From positions 1 to 64,000 of the forward strand of contig JAADIO010000002.1 of assembly GCA_013151235.1 (NCBI GenBank): a DNA stretch of 64,000 nucleotides, given 5' to 3'. The DNA comes from Deltaproteobacteria bacterium (GTDB lineage: Bacteria > CG2-30-53-67). Shown here piece by piece: positions 48,930 through 60,439 of this stretch (its first letter is position 1; each line of letters begins with the position of its first letter). The translations under genes and the position numbers were made by a program. The notes under the pieces were generated by a model, which was not told the DNA's origin, did no database searches, and saw only the letters and a list, made by a program, of their open reading frames with translations.

Positions 48930-50342
48930 CTATTTTCCAACACAAAAGGAACTGAATATCCGGTCGAGGATATCCTCCGTCACCACCTCCCCGGTAATCC
49001 GGCCGACAGCATCAAGAGCCTCCCGAAGGTCAAGACTCAAAAACTCTTCGGACATCCCCTCGTGCAGGTGCCGGATTACACGCATCAAGGCCTCCCGTGC
49101 CTCTTTCAGTGCATGAAGATGTCGGGTCTGCGTGACGATGACCGATTCGCTGAACGCCTTCTTTCCTTCAAGAATCAGGTCTTTTAATCGGACCTTCAGT
49201 TCTTTGATTCCATCCGCGTGCAACAAACAGGTATGGATCATAATTTTTGGTGAGATCTCTTTTATTAGTTCTCCAAAGAACTGATTTCCCCTGTTTTCAT
49301 CCGGCACAAGATCTTTTTTATTAAAGATCAGGACCACATCCTTTCCACGGGTCAGTCGGACAATCTCCCGGTCTTCTTCATCGGGACGACGGGAAAGATC
49401 AAAAAGAAGGAGGATCAGGTCCGCACGTTCAATAGCCTCCCGGCTTCTCCGGATTCCCTCTCTTTCCACGGGGTCTTCAGATTGCCGGAAACCCGCGGTA
49501 TCGAGAAAACAGAAGGGAATTCCCTCGATATTCACAGTTGATTCAATCACATCCCGGGTCGTGCCCGGAAAAGGGGTCACAATGGCCCTATCTTCCTTGA
49601 GAAGTCGATTCAGAAGGCTTGACTTTCCGACATTGGCCTTCCCTATAATCGCAGTCATGAGCCCCTCCTCGATCACTTTCCCCTCCCGTCCGGTATCGAT
49701 GAGGCTCCCGAGATTCTTCAAGAGACTATTTATCTTTCCTTCAAATGCCACGGAATCAATCGGGTCGTTCTCCTCTTCTGCAAAATCGATGGAGACCTCC
49801 GTCTCCGCCAAAAGTTCAATCAGTGACTCTTTCACCTTCTGCAGACAAAGCGATAATTCTCCATTTAACTGCTGCAGGGCAACCCGCAGAGCCGTCTCAT
49901 TCTTTGCGGAAACAAGAGACATGACCGATTCGGCCTGGGCCAGGTCGATCCGTCCGTTCAAAAAGGCCCGCTTTGTGAATTCTCCAGGCTCCGCCGGCCT
50001 TGCACCAAGCGAGAGCAACAACTCCATGATCCTGCGGATGACCACAACTCCGGAATGACAGTTAATCTCTACGACATCCTCACAGGTGTAGGTCTTCGGC
50101 GCCCGCATAACCGTCAGGAGGACCTCGTCCAGGACCGTCCGGGTCTCCGGATCGATGACCTTCCCGTAACGGATCGTATATCCCCGGCTTTTCCGCAAGG
50201 CCCGTCCCGAGCTGTCCACAAAGATCTTCTGCGCCAGGGGAAGTGCCTGAGATCCACTGATCCGGATAATTCCGATCCCCCCCGGTCCGGGCGGAGTGGA
50301 GATGGAACAGATGGTATCCTGATTCAACGGATTTTCTTTCAT
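48930..50342 (-). CDS. mnmE: tRNA modification GTPase
   Basis: GEFTKRAFLNG, GKANVGKSS, GTTRD, DTAG, NKKD, C-terminal FCVGK. Confidence 0.97.
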   Translation of the reverse strand: MKENPLNQDTICSISTPPGPGGIGIIRISGSQALPLAQKIFVDSSGRALRKSRGYTIRYGKVIDPETRTVLDEVLLTVMRAPKTYTCEDVVEINCHSGVVVIRRIMELLLSLGARPAEPGEFTKRAFLNGRIDLAQAESVMSLVSAKNETALRVALQQLNGELSLCLQKVKESLIELLAETEVSIDFAEEENDPIDSVAFEGKINSLLKNLGSLIDTGREGKVIEEGLMTAIIGKANVGKSSLLNRLLKEDRAIVTPFPGTTRDVIESTVNIEGIPFCFLDTAGFRQSEDPVEREGIRRSREAIERADLILLLFDLSRRPDEEDREIVRLTRGKDVVLIFNKKDLVPDENRGNQFFGELIKEISPKIMIHTCLLHADGIKELKVRLKDLILEGKKAFSESVIVTQTRHLHALKEAREALMRVIRHLHEGMSEEFLSLDLREALDAVGRITGEVVTEDILDRIFSSFCVGK

Positions 50343-50359
50343 GATTTTTCACCCAAGAG

Positions 50360-50390
50360 AAAAAAGAGGCGAGGAATATCCCCGCCTCTT
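50360..50390 (-). terminator. Intrinsic terminator between jag and mnmE
   Basis: Minus strand AAGAGGCGGGGA-tat-TCCTCGCCTCTTTTTT. Confidence 0.7.
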
Positions 50391-50471
50391 CCGGTGAATG
50401 CACTCTTCATCCGACCGATTCCTCTGAATTTTATTAGTGATACCGTTTAGTTACGGACTGTTCAGGTCTGC

Positions 50472-51215
50472 CTATTTCGGCAAGACGATCACCTTCTTCA
50501 GTACCCCATCCCCCCGACTGACCGTCTTTACTTCCTCATCATTTTGCAGGGTGATATGGATGATCCGCCGATCCTGGGACGACAAGGGAGCGGTTGAGAA
50601 GGGTTTCTGGCTCTTAATGACCTTGTTCCGGGCCTCCAGTGCGATGGCTTGAAGTTTTTTCTCCCTTCGGATCTTATATTCCTCAATATCCACAATAATC
50701 CCGGCCCGGGATTTGGTTGTCTTGCTGTACATGAGGTTTACCAGATATTGTATTGCGTCCAGGGTCTGCCCCCCTTTACCGATCAGAATACCGGAATCCT
50801 TGCCGACGACGTTCATATGGACCCGTTCGTCTCGAATACGGGACTCGATCATCCCTTCCATCTTCATTCGATCGATCAGGCCGGACAGAATCTCCTGTGC
50901 CAATTCCAAATCAACCTCAGCCTTTTCTTTTATCTCTTTCATCGGGGATTCCGATGGAACGGTTGGTTGTTTTTCCAGCGGAGGCTCGGTCCGTACTTCA
51001 ACTAACGGATCTCCGACAGATTGAATCACGTTTTTCCCGGCCCCTTTCATGGTCACCCGAATTTTGGCCAAACGCGAACCGAATCCTAAAAATCCTGTCT
51101 TTCCGTCATCCAGTACCTTGATCTCCACTTCCTCCCGATTTGCACCCAGCGTACGCAGAGCATTCGTAGTGGCTTCCTCAAGGGTGCGGGCTTCCATCTC
51201 CACGGATTTTTCCAT
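50472..51215 (-). CDS. jag: Jag/EloR/KhpB RNA-binding protein (Jag_N-KH-R3H)
   Basis: GFLGFG, ILIGKGGQTLDAIQYL, RRIIH..L. Confidence 0.93.
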   Translation of the reverse strand: MEKSVEMEARTLEEATTNALRTLGANREEVEIKVLDDGKTGFLGFGSRLAKIRVTMKGAGKNVIQSVGDPLVEVRTEPPLEKQPTVPSESPMKEIKEKAEVDLELAQEILSGLIDRMKMEGMIESRIRDERVHMNVVGKDSGILIGKGGQTLDAIQYLVNLMYSKTTKSRAGIIVDIEEYKIRREKKLQAIALEARNKVIKSQKPFSTAPLSSQDRRIIHITLQNDEEVKTVSRGDGVLKKVIVLPK

Positions 51216-51259
51216 ATTTTCAAACCTCCGAAACCGATCAGTCAACCACATCAAAAAAA

Positions 51260-52870
51260 TTATGCCGGAACCGGTTTTTTCTGTTGATTGATATAGAGTT
51301 GCTGTGCAATGGTCAGTACGTTGTTTATCAGCCAATAAAGAACCAGCCCCGACGGAAAATTCAAAAACATAAAGGTAAAGATTACCGGCATATATTGAAA
51401 CAATTTGGCCTGCTTCGGATCCATGGTGCTGGGCGTCATCTTCTGCTGTAAAAACATGGTAACGCCCATCAATAATGGAAGGGGCCCAACAGCAAAGTGT
51501 CCGACATGTCCAAAAAGAGTATCCGCCGCAGAAAGATCATGAATATAAAGAAAGGGTGCCTGCCGCAATTCAATGGCATTGAGCAACACATTGTACAGTG
51601 CAAAAAAAACAGGGATCTGAATCACGAGAGGAAGACATCCGGAGGCCGGGTTGACCTTATATTTTTTGTAAAGCCCCATGATCTCCCGATTCATTACCTG
51701 AGGATCTTTTTTGTACTTTTCCCGTATGGCGCTGATCTCCGGCTGAAGCCGCTGCATCTCCTGCATCGACTTCTGCTGCTTATGCGTCAGGGGAGCAAAG
51801 ATTAACTTGATAAAACTGGTCAGAAGAATAATTGCCACACCGTAATTGCCGACCACCCCATAGATCCCTTTGAGGATAAAAAACATCGGTTTCGCCAGAA
51901 AACCAAAGAAACCAAAATTAATGACCTTCACCAGTCCGTCTTTTTTAAGAATCTTATACTCCTTCGGACCGGCATAAAAATTGTAAGAAAGGATCTTCCC
52001 CCGTCCGATAATGCCAATCACATAAGAAATGCCTCCCTTTTGTTTAAAAGATTCCATTACGGCCATATCCGCAGGCTTTTTGGGAAGAAGGGCCGTTAAA
52101 AAATATTTTTCTTCAAAGGCCGCCCAGGGAATCTCTCCGGAAAGATTTTTTCTTTCTTTCATATTCTTGAATTTTATCCGCTCCACTTTTCCGGACCGTT
52201 GAAGGACCGGTCCTACGTGATTATAGCGTCCCCCCGGTGCTTTTTCGTCCTGTTTTTGAAAATAAGATCCTACAAGAAGTTGTATACTTCGGGATTGATC
52301 TTGAGTAATTTCAAGTCCCACCCGATAATCATCTCGATGAAAAATAAATCTCTTCTCAAGCCATCCTCCATTCGGATTTTTGTAGGTCATCTTCAATGTG
52401 GCACTTTCCTCTTCGGAATTTAGTGTAATCTCCCGCCTGGAGGGAGCAAAATCAGCATTCAGAATTTTTCCATCCAGGAAAATTTGAAGCGGATAAAAAC
52501 CCATGCTGTCATGAATCAGATGAATCGGATTTCCCTTCTTGTCATGGTAAGCTTTGATAATGATTTCCTTGATCACTGCATTTTTTGTGGAAATAAAATA
52601 GGTTGCAAGGTTGGTATCCACACGCACGGTTTTTTCCGGAAGTTGAGAAGTTCCGGAGAAAAAGTTTTTCTCCGATGACTTCAGAGGATTTTTCTCTACT
52701 TCCTCTCTTTTGTTCCCTTTCGGAATCACAGTAAACTTCTCTGCAGGTTTTGATAAAGCCTGAGATTGTACACTTTTATCTTCAATCCTGTCCATTGTAG
52801 GAAAGAGATATTGATATCCGAAGAGTACGATAAGAGAGAGAGCAAAGGCCAATAATGCCCTTTTTTCCAT
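51260..52870 (-). CDS. yidC: Membrane protein insertase YidC
   Basis: MEKRALLAF.LS, YAGPK, NYGVAIILLT, GCLP..IQIPVF, PSGLVLYW. Confidence 0.96.
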   Translation of the reverse strand: MEKRALLAFALSLIVLFGYQYLFPTMDRIEDKSVQSQALSKPAEKFTVIPKGNKREEVEKNPLKSSEKNFFSGTSQLPEKTVRVDTNLATYFISTKNAVIKEIIIKAYHDKKGNPIHLIHDSMGFYPLQIFLDGKILNADFAPSRREITLNSEEESATLKMTYKNPNGGWLEKRFIFHRDDYRVGLEITQDQSRSIQLLVGSYFQKQDEKAPGGRYNHVGPVLQRSGKVERIKFKNMKERKNLSGEIPWAAFEEKYFLTALLPKKPADMAVMESFKQKGGISYVIGIIGRGKILSYNFYAGPKEYKILKKDGLVKVINFGFFGFLAKPMFFILKGIYGVVGNYGVAIILLTSFIKLIFAPLTHKQQKSMQEMQRLQPEISAIREKYKKDPQVMNREIMGLYKKYKVNPASGCLPLVIQIPVFFALYNVLLNAIELRQAPFLYIHDLSAADTLFGHVGHFAVGPLPLLMGVTMFLQQKMTPSTMDPKQAKLFQYMPVIFTFMFLNFPSGLVLYWLINNVLTIAQQLYINQQKKPVPA

Positions 52871-52919
52871 AATTTCTCCTGATAACGGAATCATTCTGAA
52901 CAAAGAAGGAGTGAAAAAA

Positions 52920-53138
52920 TCAACTCAGAGGATCATAACCACCGGCATGGAAGGGATGACAACGAAGAATCCGGGAAACTCCGAGACGCCACCCCTTCAA
53001 CATGCCATATTTCCTGATCGCTTGAGCAGTGTATTCCGAGCAGGTGGGAAAATAACGACAATGATTCATCGTAAGGGGGGAAATCCATTTCTGATAAAAT
53101 CGGATAAATCCGATATTAATTTTCTTCAATCCTTCCAT
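52920..53138 (-). CDS. yidD: Membrane protein insertion efficiency factor
   Basis: [30 protein letters not shown]. Confidence 0.95.
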   Translation of the reverse strand: MEGLKKINIGFIRFYQKWISPLTMNHCRYFPTCSEYTAQAIRKYGMLKGWRLGVSRILRCHPFHAGGYDPLS

Positions 53139-53174
53139 TCCATTTACCAATTACCAAAAAACAAGGCCGGATTC

Positions 53175-53510
53175 TTACGACACCTTGCTCCTTTTAATCA
53201 GAGCCTTACATTCCAAAAGAATCTCCCGGTAGGATGAATGGACAATTGCTTTTCGTGCAACAATGACCCGATCAAAAATATCCTGATTTTGCCGGAGGTG
53301 ACACCGTACCACTTCCTTCAATCTCCGTTTAACCCGATTTCGAAAAACCGCATTTCCGATCTTCTTGGATACGGCGATGCCGTATCGGCTGATTTTTCCT
53401 CCCCGATCACAGGTATAAACAATCATGTTCTTCCCGACCTTTTTATCACCCTCCCTGTATACCTCCCGATATTCCCAATGTTTTCGGATCCATTGATCTT
53501 TTTCTTTCAT
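53175..53510 (-). CDS. rnpA: Ribonuclease P protein component
   Basis: R.GIAVSKKIGNAV.RNRVKRRLKE (RNR motif). Confidence 0.93.
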   Translation of the reverse strand: MKEKDQWIRKHWEYREVYREGDKKVGKNMIVYTCDRGGKISRYGIAVSKKIGNAVFRNRVKRRLKEVVRCHLRQNQDIFDRVIVARKAIVHSSYREILLECKALIKRSKVS

Positions 53511-53526
53511 GATATTGTCGGAGAAT

Positions 53527-53661
53527 CTATACTCCGATTCGTTTCCGGCCTTTTGCACGTCGGCGTTGAATAATTGCTCTGCCGCTTCTGGTCTTCATTC
53601 GAGTGAGAAACCCGTGTGTTTTCTTCTTTTTCCGGTTATTCGGTTTGAATGTAATCGACAT
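53527..53661 (-). CDS. rpmH: 50S ribosomal protein L34
   Basis: [44 protein letters not shown]. Confidence 0.95.
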   Translation of the reverse strand: MSITFKPNNRKKKKTHGFLTRMKTRSGRAIIQRRRAKGRKRIGV

Positions 53662-53692
53662 CATTATCTCCTTTAATCCATTGGAATGAGAG

Positions 53693-53721
53693 AGTATATT
53701 CCCTGTCTTTTTTGATGTCAA
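53693..53721 (-). promoter_or_regulatory. Sigma-70 promoter of the rpmH operon
   Basis: Minus strand TTGACA-17 bp-TATACT. Confidence 0.8.
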
Positions 53722-53769
53722 GAATAAAAGGTTTATAAATCGGGGGAGGACAAGAGATTGTGCCTATGG

Positions 53770-54260
53770 GGGTCATTGTGGAGTACTCCTGCTTTTATTA
53801 AATATTTTAAAATAATATAGTAGCAGTAGTAGTGTTGAAGAATTTCGTGTAATACGTATCTAATGTGTTGATATCTAAAGTATTTTGTCTGGGGGAATCT
53901 TGTGAGCGATTTCTTCACTTGTCCACGGGTATTCTTTTTTAAATATAAATCCACATTTTTTTCACATCTTCAATAACATCTTTCTCACAGAAGAATGAAG
54001 TAATCATGAATAATTTTAATGAAGAAAATTGAAAAAACATCTTGCCATCAAAAAAACCATTTGTTATGTTGAGAACCTATCTCTCAATTCAGAGGCGTCG
54101 GATTTGGACCGAAAAATTAATCAGCCCGGCAGAATGGTTCTGAAGATATGCGGGAACCTGCAAAATCTGTTGAATAGATGCCCTCTATTTCATGTAACTA
54201 TTTCAATATAAACAAGAAATACTTTTTTCCACAGTTGTGGAAAAGTCTGTTGATAACGAG
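53770..54260. other. Chromosomal replication origin (oriC)
   Basis: AT-rich rpmH-dnaA gap; DnaA-box-like 9-mers (AAATCCACA 53947, TTTTTCACA 53958, TTTCTCACA 53981, TTTTCCACA 54225, TGTGGAAAA 54236, TGTTGATAA 54248); TAG/CAG trio array at 53818-53832 beside an AT-rich DUE; parS sites nearby. Confidence 0.85.
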
Positions 54261-54314
54261 GAAAAACAGGACAATTCCGATCGACCGGAGGACCTCTCTC
54301 AAGAGGGTTTTATT

Positions 54315-55670
54315 ATGAATACGTGGGAAGAAATCACTGAAATTTTGAGCACACGTCTGACTAAACAGAGTTTTGACAACTGGTTCAAATCAACAAAACT
54401 CTTCAGTGAAAATGAAAACGAAATTCAGATTGCCGTACCGAACAAATTTTTAAAAGACTGGATTGAGACCCACTATTCCGATTTGCTGAACGATGTTATC
54501 GAGAACCTTGATTTTCAAAAGAATCTTTCCTTCCGGGTGGATCATAAATTTCAGGATAAAGAACCATTGCAAGATCCGGTACTCCCGGAGATGCCTTCTC
54601 CGAAAACCTCCGTTTCTTTAGAAGAACATGTACCTGCCGGAAAGGGAATTTCTTTTTTGAACGAACGGTTTACCTTTGAAAATTTTGTTGTGGGACCAAG
54701 TAATCAATTTGCACATGCTGCTGCACGGGCCGTTGGAGAAGTCCTTTATAAGGCCTATAATCCACTCTTTATCTATGGTGGTGTCGGACTTGGAAAGACC
54801 CACCTCATGCATGCTATCGGACATCACGTGCATTCCGTCAACAAGCAGGTCCGTATATGTTTTGTCAGTACGGAACATTTCATGAATGAAATGATTAGCT
54901 GCATCCGATATGACCGGATGGCCCATTTTCGTCAAAAATACAGAAACATGGATGTACTTATGGTCGATGACATCCAGTTTCTTTCCGACAAAGAACGAAC
55001 CCAGGAGGAGTTTTTTCATACCTTCAACGCCCTTTACGATGCCAGAAAACAGTTAGTCTTTTCCAGCGACCGCTATCCCAAAGAAATTCCCAACCTGGAG
55101 GAGAGGCTTCGTTCCCGTTTTGAGTGGGGTCTTCTTGCGGATATTCAGCCGCCGGATCTGGAGACCAAGGTAGCCATACTCCGGAAAAAGGCGGAGATTG
55201 ACGGAATCCACCTTCCCGATGATGTGAGTCTGTTTCTGGCGAAGAAGATTCGCTCCAACGTCCGTGAGTTGGAAGGTTCACTGATCAAATTAGGTGCGGT
55301 TGCTTCACTCACCTCCCGGGATATCTCCGTAGGCCTGGCCCAGGAAGTTCTCAAAGATTTTCTGAATGAAAAGGAAAAAATCGTTTCCATTGCCCTGATA
55401 CAGCGTTTTGTCGTCGAACATTACAAGGTAAAAATTGCAGACCTTAAATCCAAAAAGCGGAACCAGTCGATTGTCCTGCCCCGGCAGGTGGCCATGTACC
55501 TCTGCCGAAACCTGACGGACAGTTCCCTGCCGGAAATCGGCAAGAATTTCGGAGGAAAAGATCATACCACGGTGATTCATGCCTGTAAAAACATTGATAC
55601 AAAGATCAAAACCAATCCGGAATTAGCGAACACTATCCAGCAACTGAAAGACAGGGTCCTCTCCAATTGA
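54315..55670 (+). CDS. dnaA: Chromosomal replication initiator
   Basis: FENFVVG.SN, YNPLFIYGGVGLGKTHL, DDIQF, QEEFFHTFN, GGKDHTTV.HA. Confidence 0.98.
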   Translation: MNTWEEITEILSTRLTKQSFDNWFKSTKLFSENENEIQIAVPNKFLKDWIETHYSDLLNDVIENLDFQKNLSFRVDHKFQDKEPLQDPVLPEMPSPKTSVSLEEHVPAGKGISFLNERFTFENFVVGPSNQFAHAAARAVGEVLYKAYNPLFIYGGVGLGKTHLMHAIGHHVHSVNKQVRICFVSTEHFMNEMISCIRYDRMAHFRQKYRNMDVLMVDDIQFLSDKERTQEEFFHTFNALYDARKQLVFSSDRYPKEIPNLEERLRSRFEWGLLADIQPPDLETKVAILRKKAEIDGIHLPDDVSLFLAKKIRSNVRELEGSLIKLGAVASLTSRDISVGLAQEVLKDFLNEKEKIVSIALIQRFVVEHYKVKIADLKSKKRNQSIVLPRQVAMYLCRNLTDSSLPEIGKNFGGKDHTTVIHACKNIDTKIKTNPELANTIQQLKDRVLSN

Positions 55671-55686
55671 TCATGAGGTTTTGAAT

Positions 55687-56802
55687 ATGAAATTCACGAT
55701 TGAAAAAACGGACCTCCTTTCCGGCCTTCAGAAGATTCAAGGGGTGGTTCAGGCGAGAAGTACCATGCCGATTCTTTCCAATGTCCGCATGGAGGTGGGG
55801 AAAGATCAAATCCGGCTCTTTGCGACGGACCTGGAAATCGGACTTCAGGACAGTGTGACGGCAAAAGTGGAAGAGGAAGGCAAGATTACCGTCTCCGCAA
55901 AGAAACTCTATGAAATTGCCCGGGAATCCCGGGAAGGATCCCTCCGGATTGAAACAGAAGAATCCCGGGAGATCATAATCCGTACCGGCAAGTCGAGCTT
56001 CAAGCTTCGCTGTCTTTCGGCAGATGAGTTCCCTTCCTTTCCGGAGATTAAGGAAACAAACCGGATCCGGATCCCGACAGCGGTTTTATCGGAAATGATT
56101 AAAAAAACGGTCTTTGCCGTCTCCTCCGACCTGACGCGTCCGGCATTGAATGGTGCCCTGATTCACTTTCCCGGTGCCGGGCAATCGGACATTGAGATGG
56201 TCGCGACCGACGGCCACCGGCTGGCACAGGTCATCCGCGAACTCAAGATATCAAATACCCCCAAAGAGCAGAAGGTGATCGTTCCCAAAAAGACACTTTT
56301 CGAGTTGAGGAAACATCTGGATGAAGGGGAACCCGGAGAAATCGAGATTGTTCTGTCGGACAAACATATCCTCTTCCAGGAGGGATCCTATATCCTTCTC
56401 TCCCGTTTGATTGATGGGCGCTTTCCCAATTATGAGGAAGTAATCCCCCGGGAACATCCCCGGAGCGTCTCTTTGGACCGAGAACTTCTTCAGGGAGCGG
56501 TACGCAGGGTCTCGATCCTCTCCGATGAAAAAACACATGCCATCAAACTGAACTTCAGAAAAGGAGAACTACAGATCTCCTCCAGTAATCCCGAGATGGG
56601 AGAAGCCGATGAAGTTCTGACCACGGACTATTCCGGCGAAGAAACCTCCTTCGGTTTCAATGTCCGTTATATGCAGGATATTACTTCGGCCCTTTCCGGT
56701 GAAGAGGTACGTATTCATTTTCTGGATGCTGCCAGTCCCGCCCGTATAGAAGATCCCGGCGATGCCGGTTTTGTCGGCGTGATCATGCCGATGCGTGTCT
56801 GA
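55687..56802 (+). CDS. dnaN: DNA polymerase III beta sliding clamp
   Basis: ATDLE, VATDGHRLA, RLIDG.FPNY, C-terminal VIMPMR. Confidence 0.97.
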   Translation: MKFTIEKTDLLSGLQKIQGVVQARSTMPILSNVRMEVGKDQIRLFATDLEIGLQDSVTAKVEEEGKITVSAKKLYEIARESREGSLRIETEESREIIIRTGKSSFKLRCLSADEFPSFPEIKETNRIRIPTAVLSEMIKKTVFAVSSDLTRPALNGALIHFPGAGQSDIEMVATDGHRLAQVIRELKISNTPKEQKVIVPKKTLFELRKHLDEGEPGEIEIVLSDKHILFQEGSYILLSRLIDGRFPNYEEVIPREHPRSVSLDRELLQGAVRRVSILSDEKTHAIKLNFRKGELQISSSNPEMGEADEVLTTDYSGEETSFGFNVRYMQDITSALSGEEVRIHFLDAASPARIEDPGDAGFVGVIMPMRV

Positions 56803-56810
56803 CCTTTTCC

Positions 56811-57947
56811 ATGAAAATACGGCAACTTTCCCTGAAGCATTTCCGGAATGTGAATTCCTGTCTCCTGTTGCCGGATGGGGGTGTCAACATCCTCTTCGGG
56901 GAGAACGGCCAGGGGAAGACCAATCTCTTGGAGGCGATTTATTTCCTCTCCCACCTGGGGAGCTTTCGACCGGGTTCACAGAAGGATCTGGTCCTGCAGG
57001 GGAGGCTCTGGGGTCAGGTGCAGGGGGCTGTGGAAGACCGGGGCGTATTTAAAGAAATTCTTTTAACGATAGGGGAAAAGGAGAAAGGCATCCGGGTGAA
57101 CGGAAAACCGGTGTCCCGGGGGGTTGATTATTATGGTACCTTGGATGTTATCCTCTTTTCTCCGGAAACCCTGACGCTCGTCAAGGGGGGGCCGGAAGGG
57201 CGAAGACGGTTTCTGGATCGTGCAATCTCCCGCCTCGACCGGCGCTATCTTTACGACCTCAAGAAATATCGCAAAATTCTTCACCAACGCAACGGACTTC
57301 TTCGCCTCATCCGGGATGGAAGAGTTTCCCGTGTGGAGTTGCCGGCCTGGAATGAACAACTGGCCCGGACGGGAAGCAGTATCCTTCTGGGACGGTATCG
57401 CTTCCTGAGGGAATATGAGATCTGTGCGACCGGAATTTTTCAACAGCTTGTCCACAAGGGGAGCAAACTTCGCATTCTCTACCATTCCACGTTGATGCAA
57501 AAGGGAAAAGCAATCAATGACGGACAGGCGGAACTACAGGAAAAATTCATGGCCGGAATGGACATCGTTGCGGACCGGGAGGTTCGGTGCGGATCGACCC
57601 GGATCGGGCCCCACCTGGACGACCTGATTCTTGAGGTCGATGGCCGGCCGGCGAAAACCTTTGCCTCCCAGGGAGAAAGTCGAATGCTGACCCTGGCCTT
57701 GACCTTGAGTGAGGCACTCTTTCATTCTGAAAAAAAGGGGACCGCCCCCGTTTTACTCCTGGATGACGTGACCTCCGAACTCGACCGGGTCCATCGCCGG
57801 CGTTTGAGCGGCTTTCTTCGGCAAATGGGGCAGGTTTTCCTGACCACGACGGACCGGGACCTCCATCGGAAAATAGAGGTTTCCTCGACCGGTTTTCTCG
57901 TGGAAAAAGGTGAGATTGCTCTTGTAAAAAAGGGACGGAAATTGTAA
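56811..57947 (+). CDS. recF: DNA replication/repair protein RecF
   Basis: FRN, GENGQGKTNLLEAI, RRRFLD, GPH.DDL, SQG, LLLDDV.SELD. Confidence 0.96.
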   Translation: MKIRQLSLKHFRNVNSCLLLPDGGVNILFGENGQGKTNLLEAIYFLSHLGSFRPGSQKDLVLQGRLWGQVQGAVEDRGVFKEILLTIGEKEKGIRVNGKPVSRGVDYYGTLDVILFSPETLTLVKGGPEGRRRFLDRAISRLDRRYLYDLKKYRKILHQRNGLLRLIRDGRVSRVELPAWNEQLARTGSSILLGRYRFLREYEICATGIFQQLVHKGSKLRILYHSTLMQKGKAINDGQAELQEKFMAGMDIVADREVRCGSTRIGPHLDDLILEVDGRPAKTFASQGESRMLTLALTLSEALFHSEKKGTAPVLLLDDVTSELDRVHRRRLSGFLRQMGQVFLTTTDRDLHRKIEVSSTGFLVEKGEIALVKKGRKL

Positions 57948-57960
57948 GATAGTCCGTTGA

Positions 57961-60426
<2,466 letters not shown>

Positions 60427-60439
60427 GCGAAGGAGAAGC

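Noticed and set aside
53733-54211. Small ORFs in the rpmH-dnaA gap
   Set aside because: They overlap DnaA boxes and the DUE; best explained as oriC
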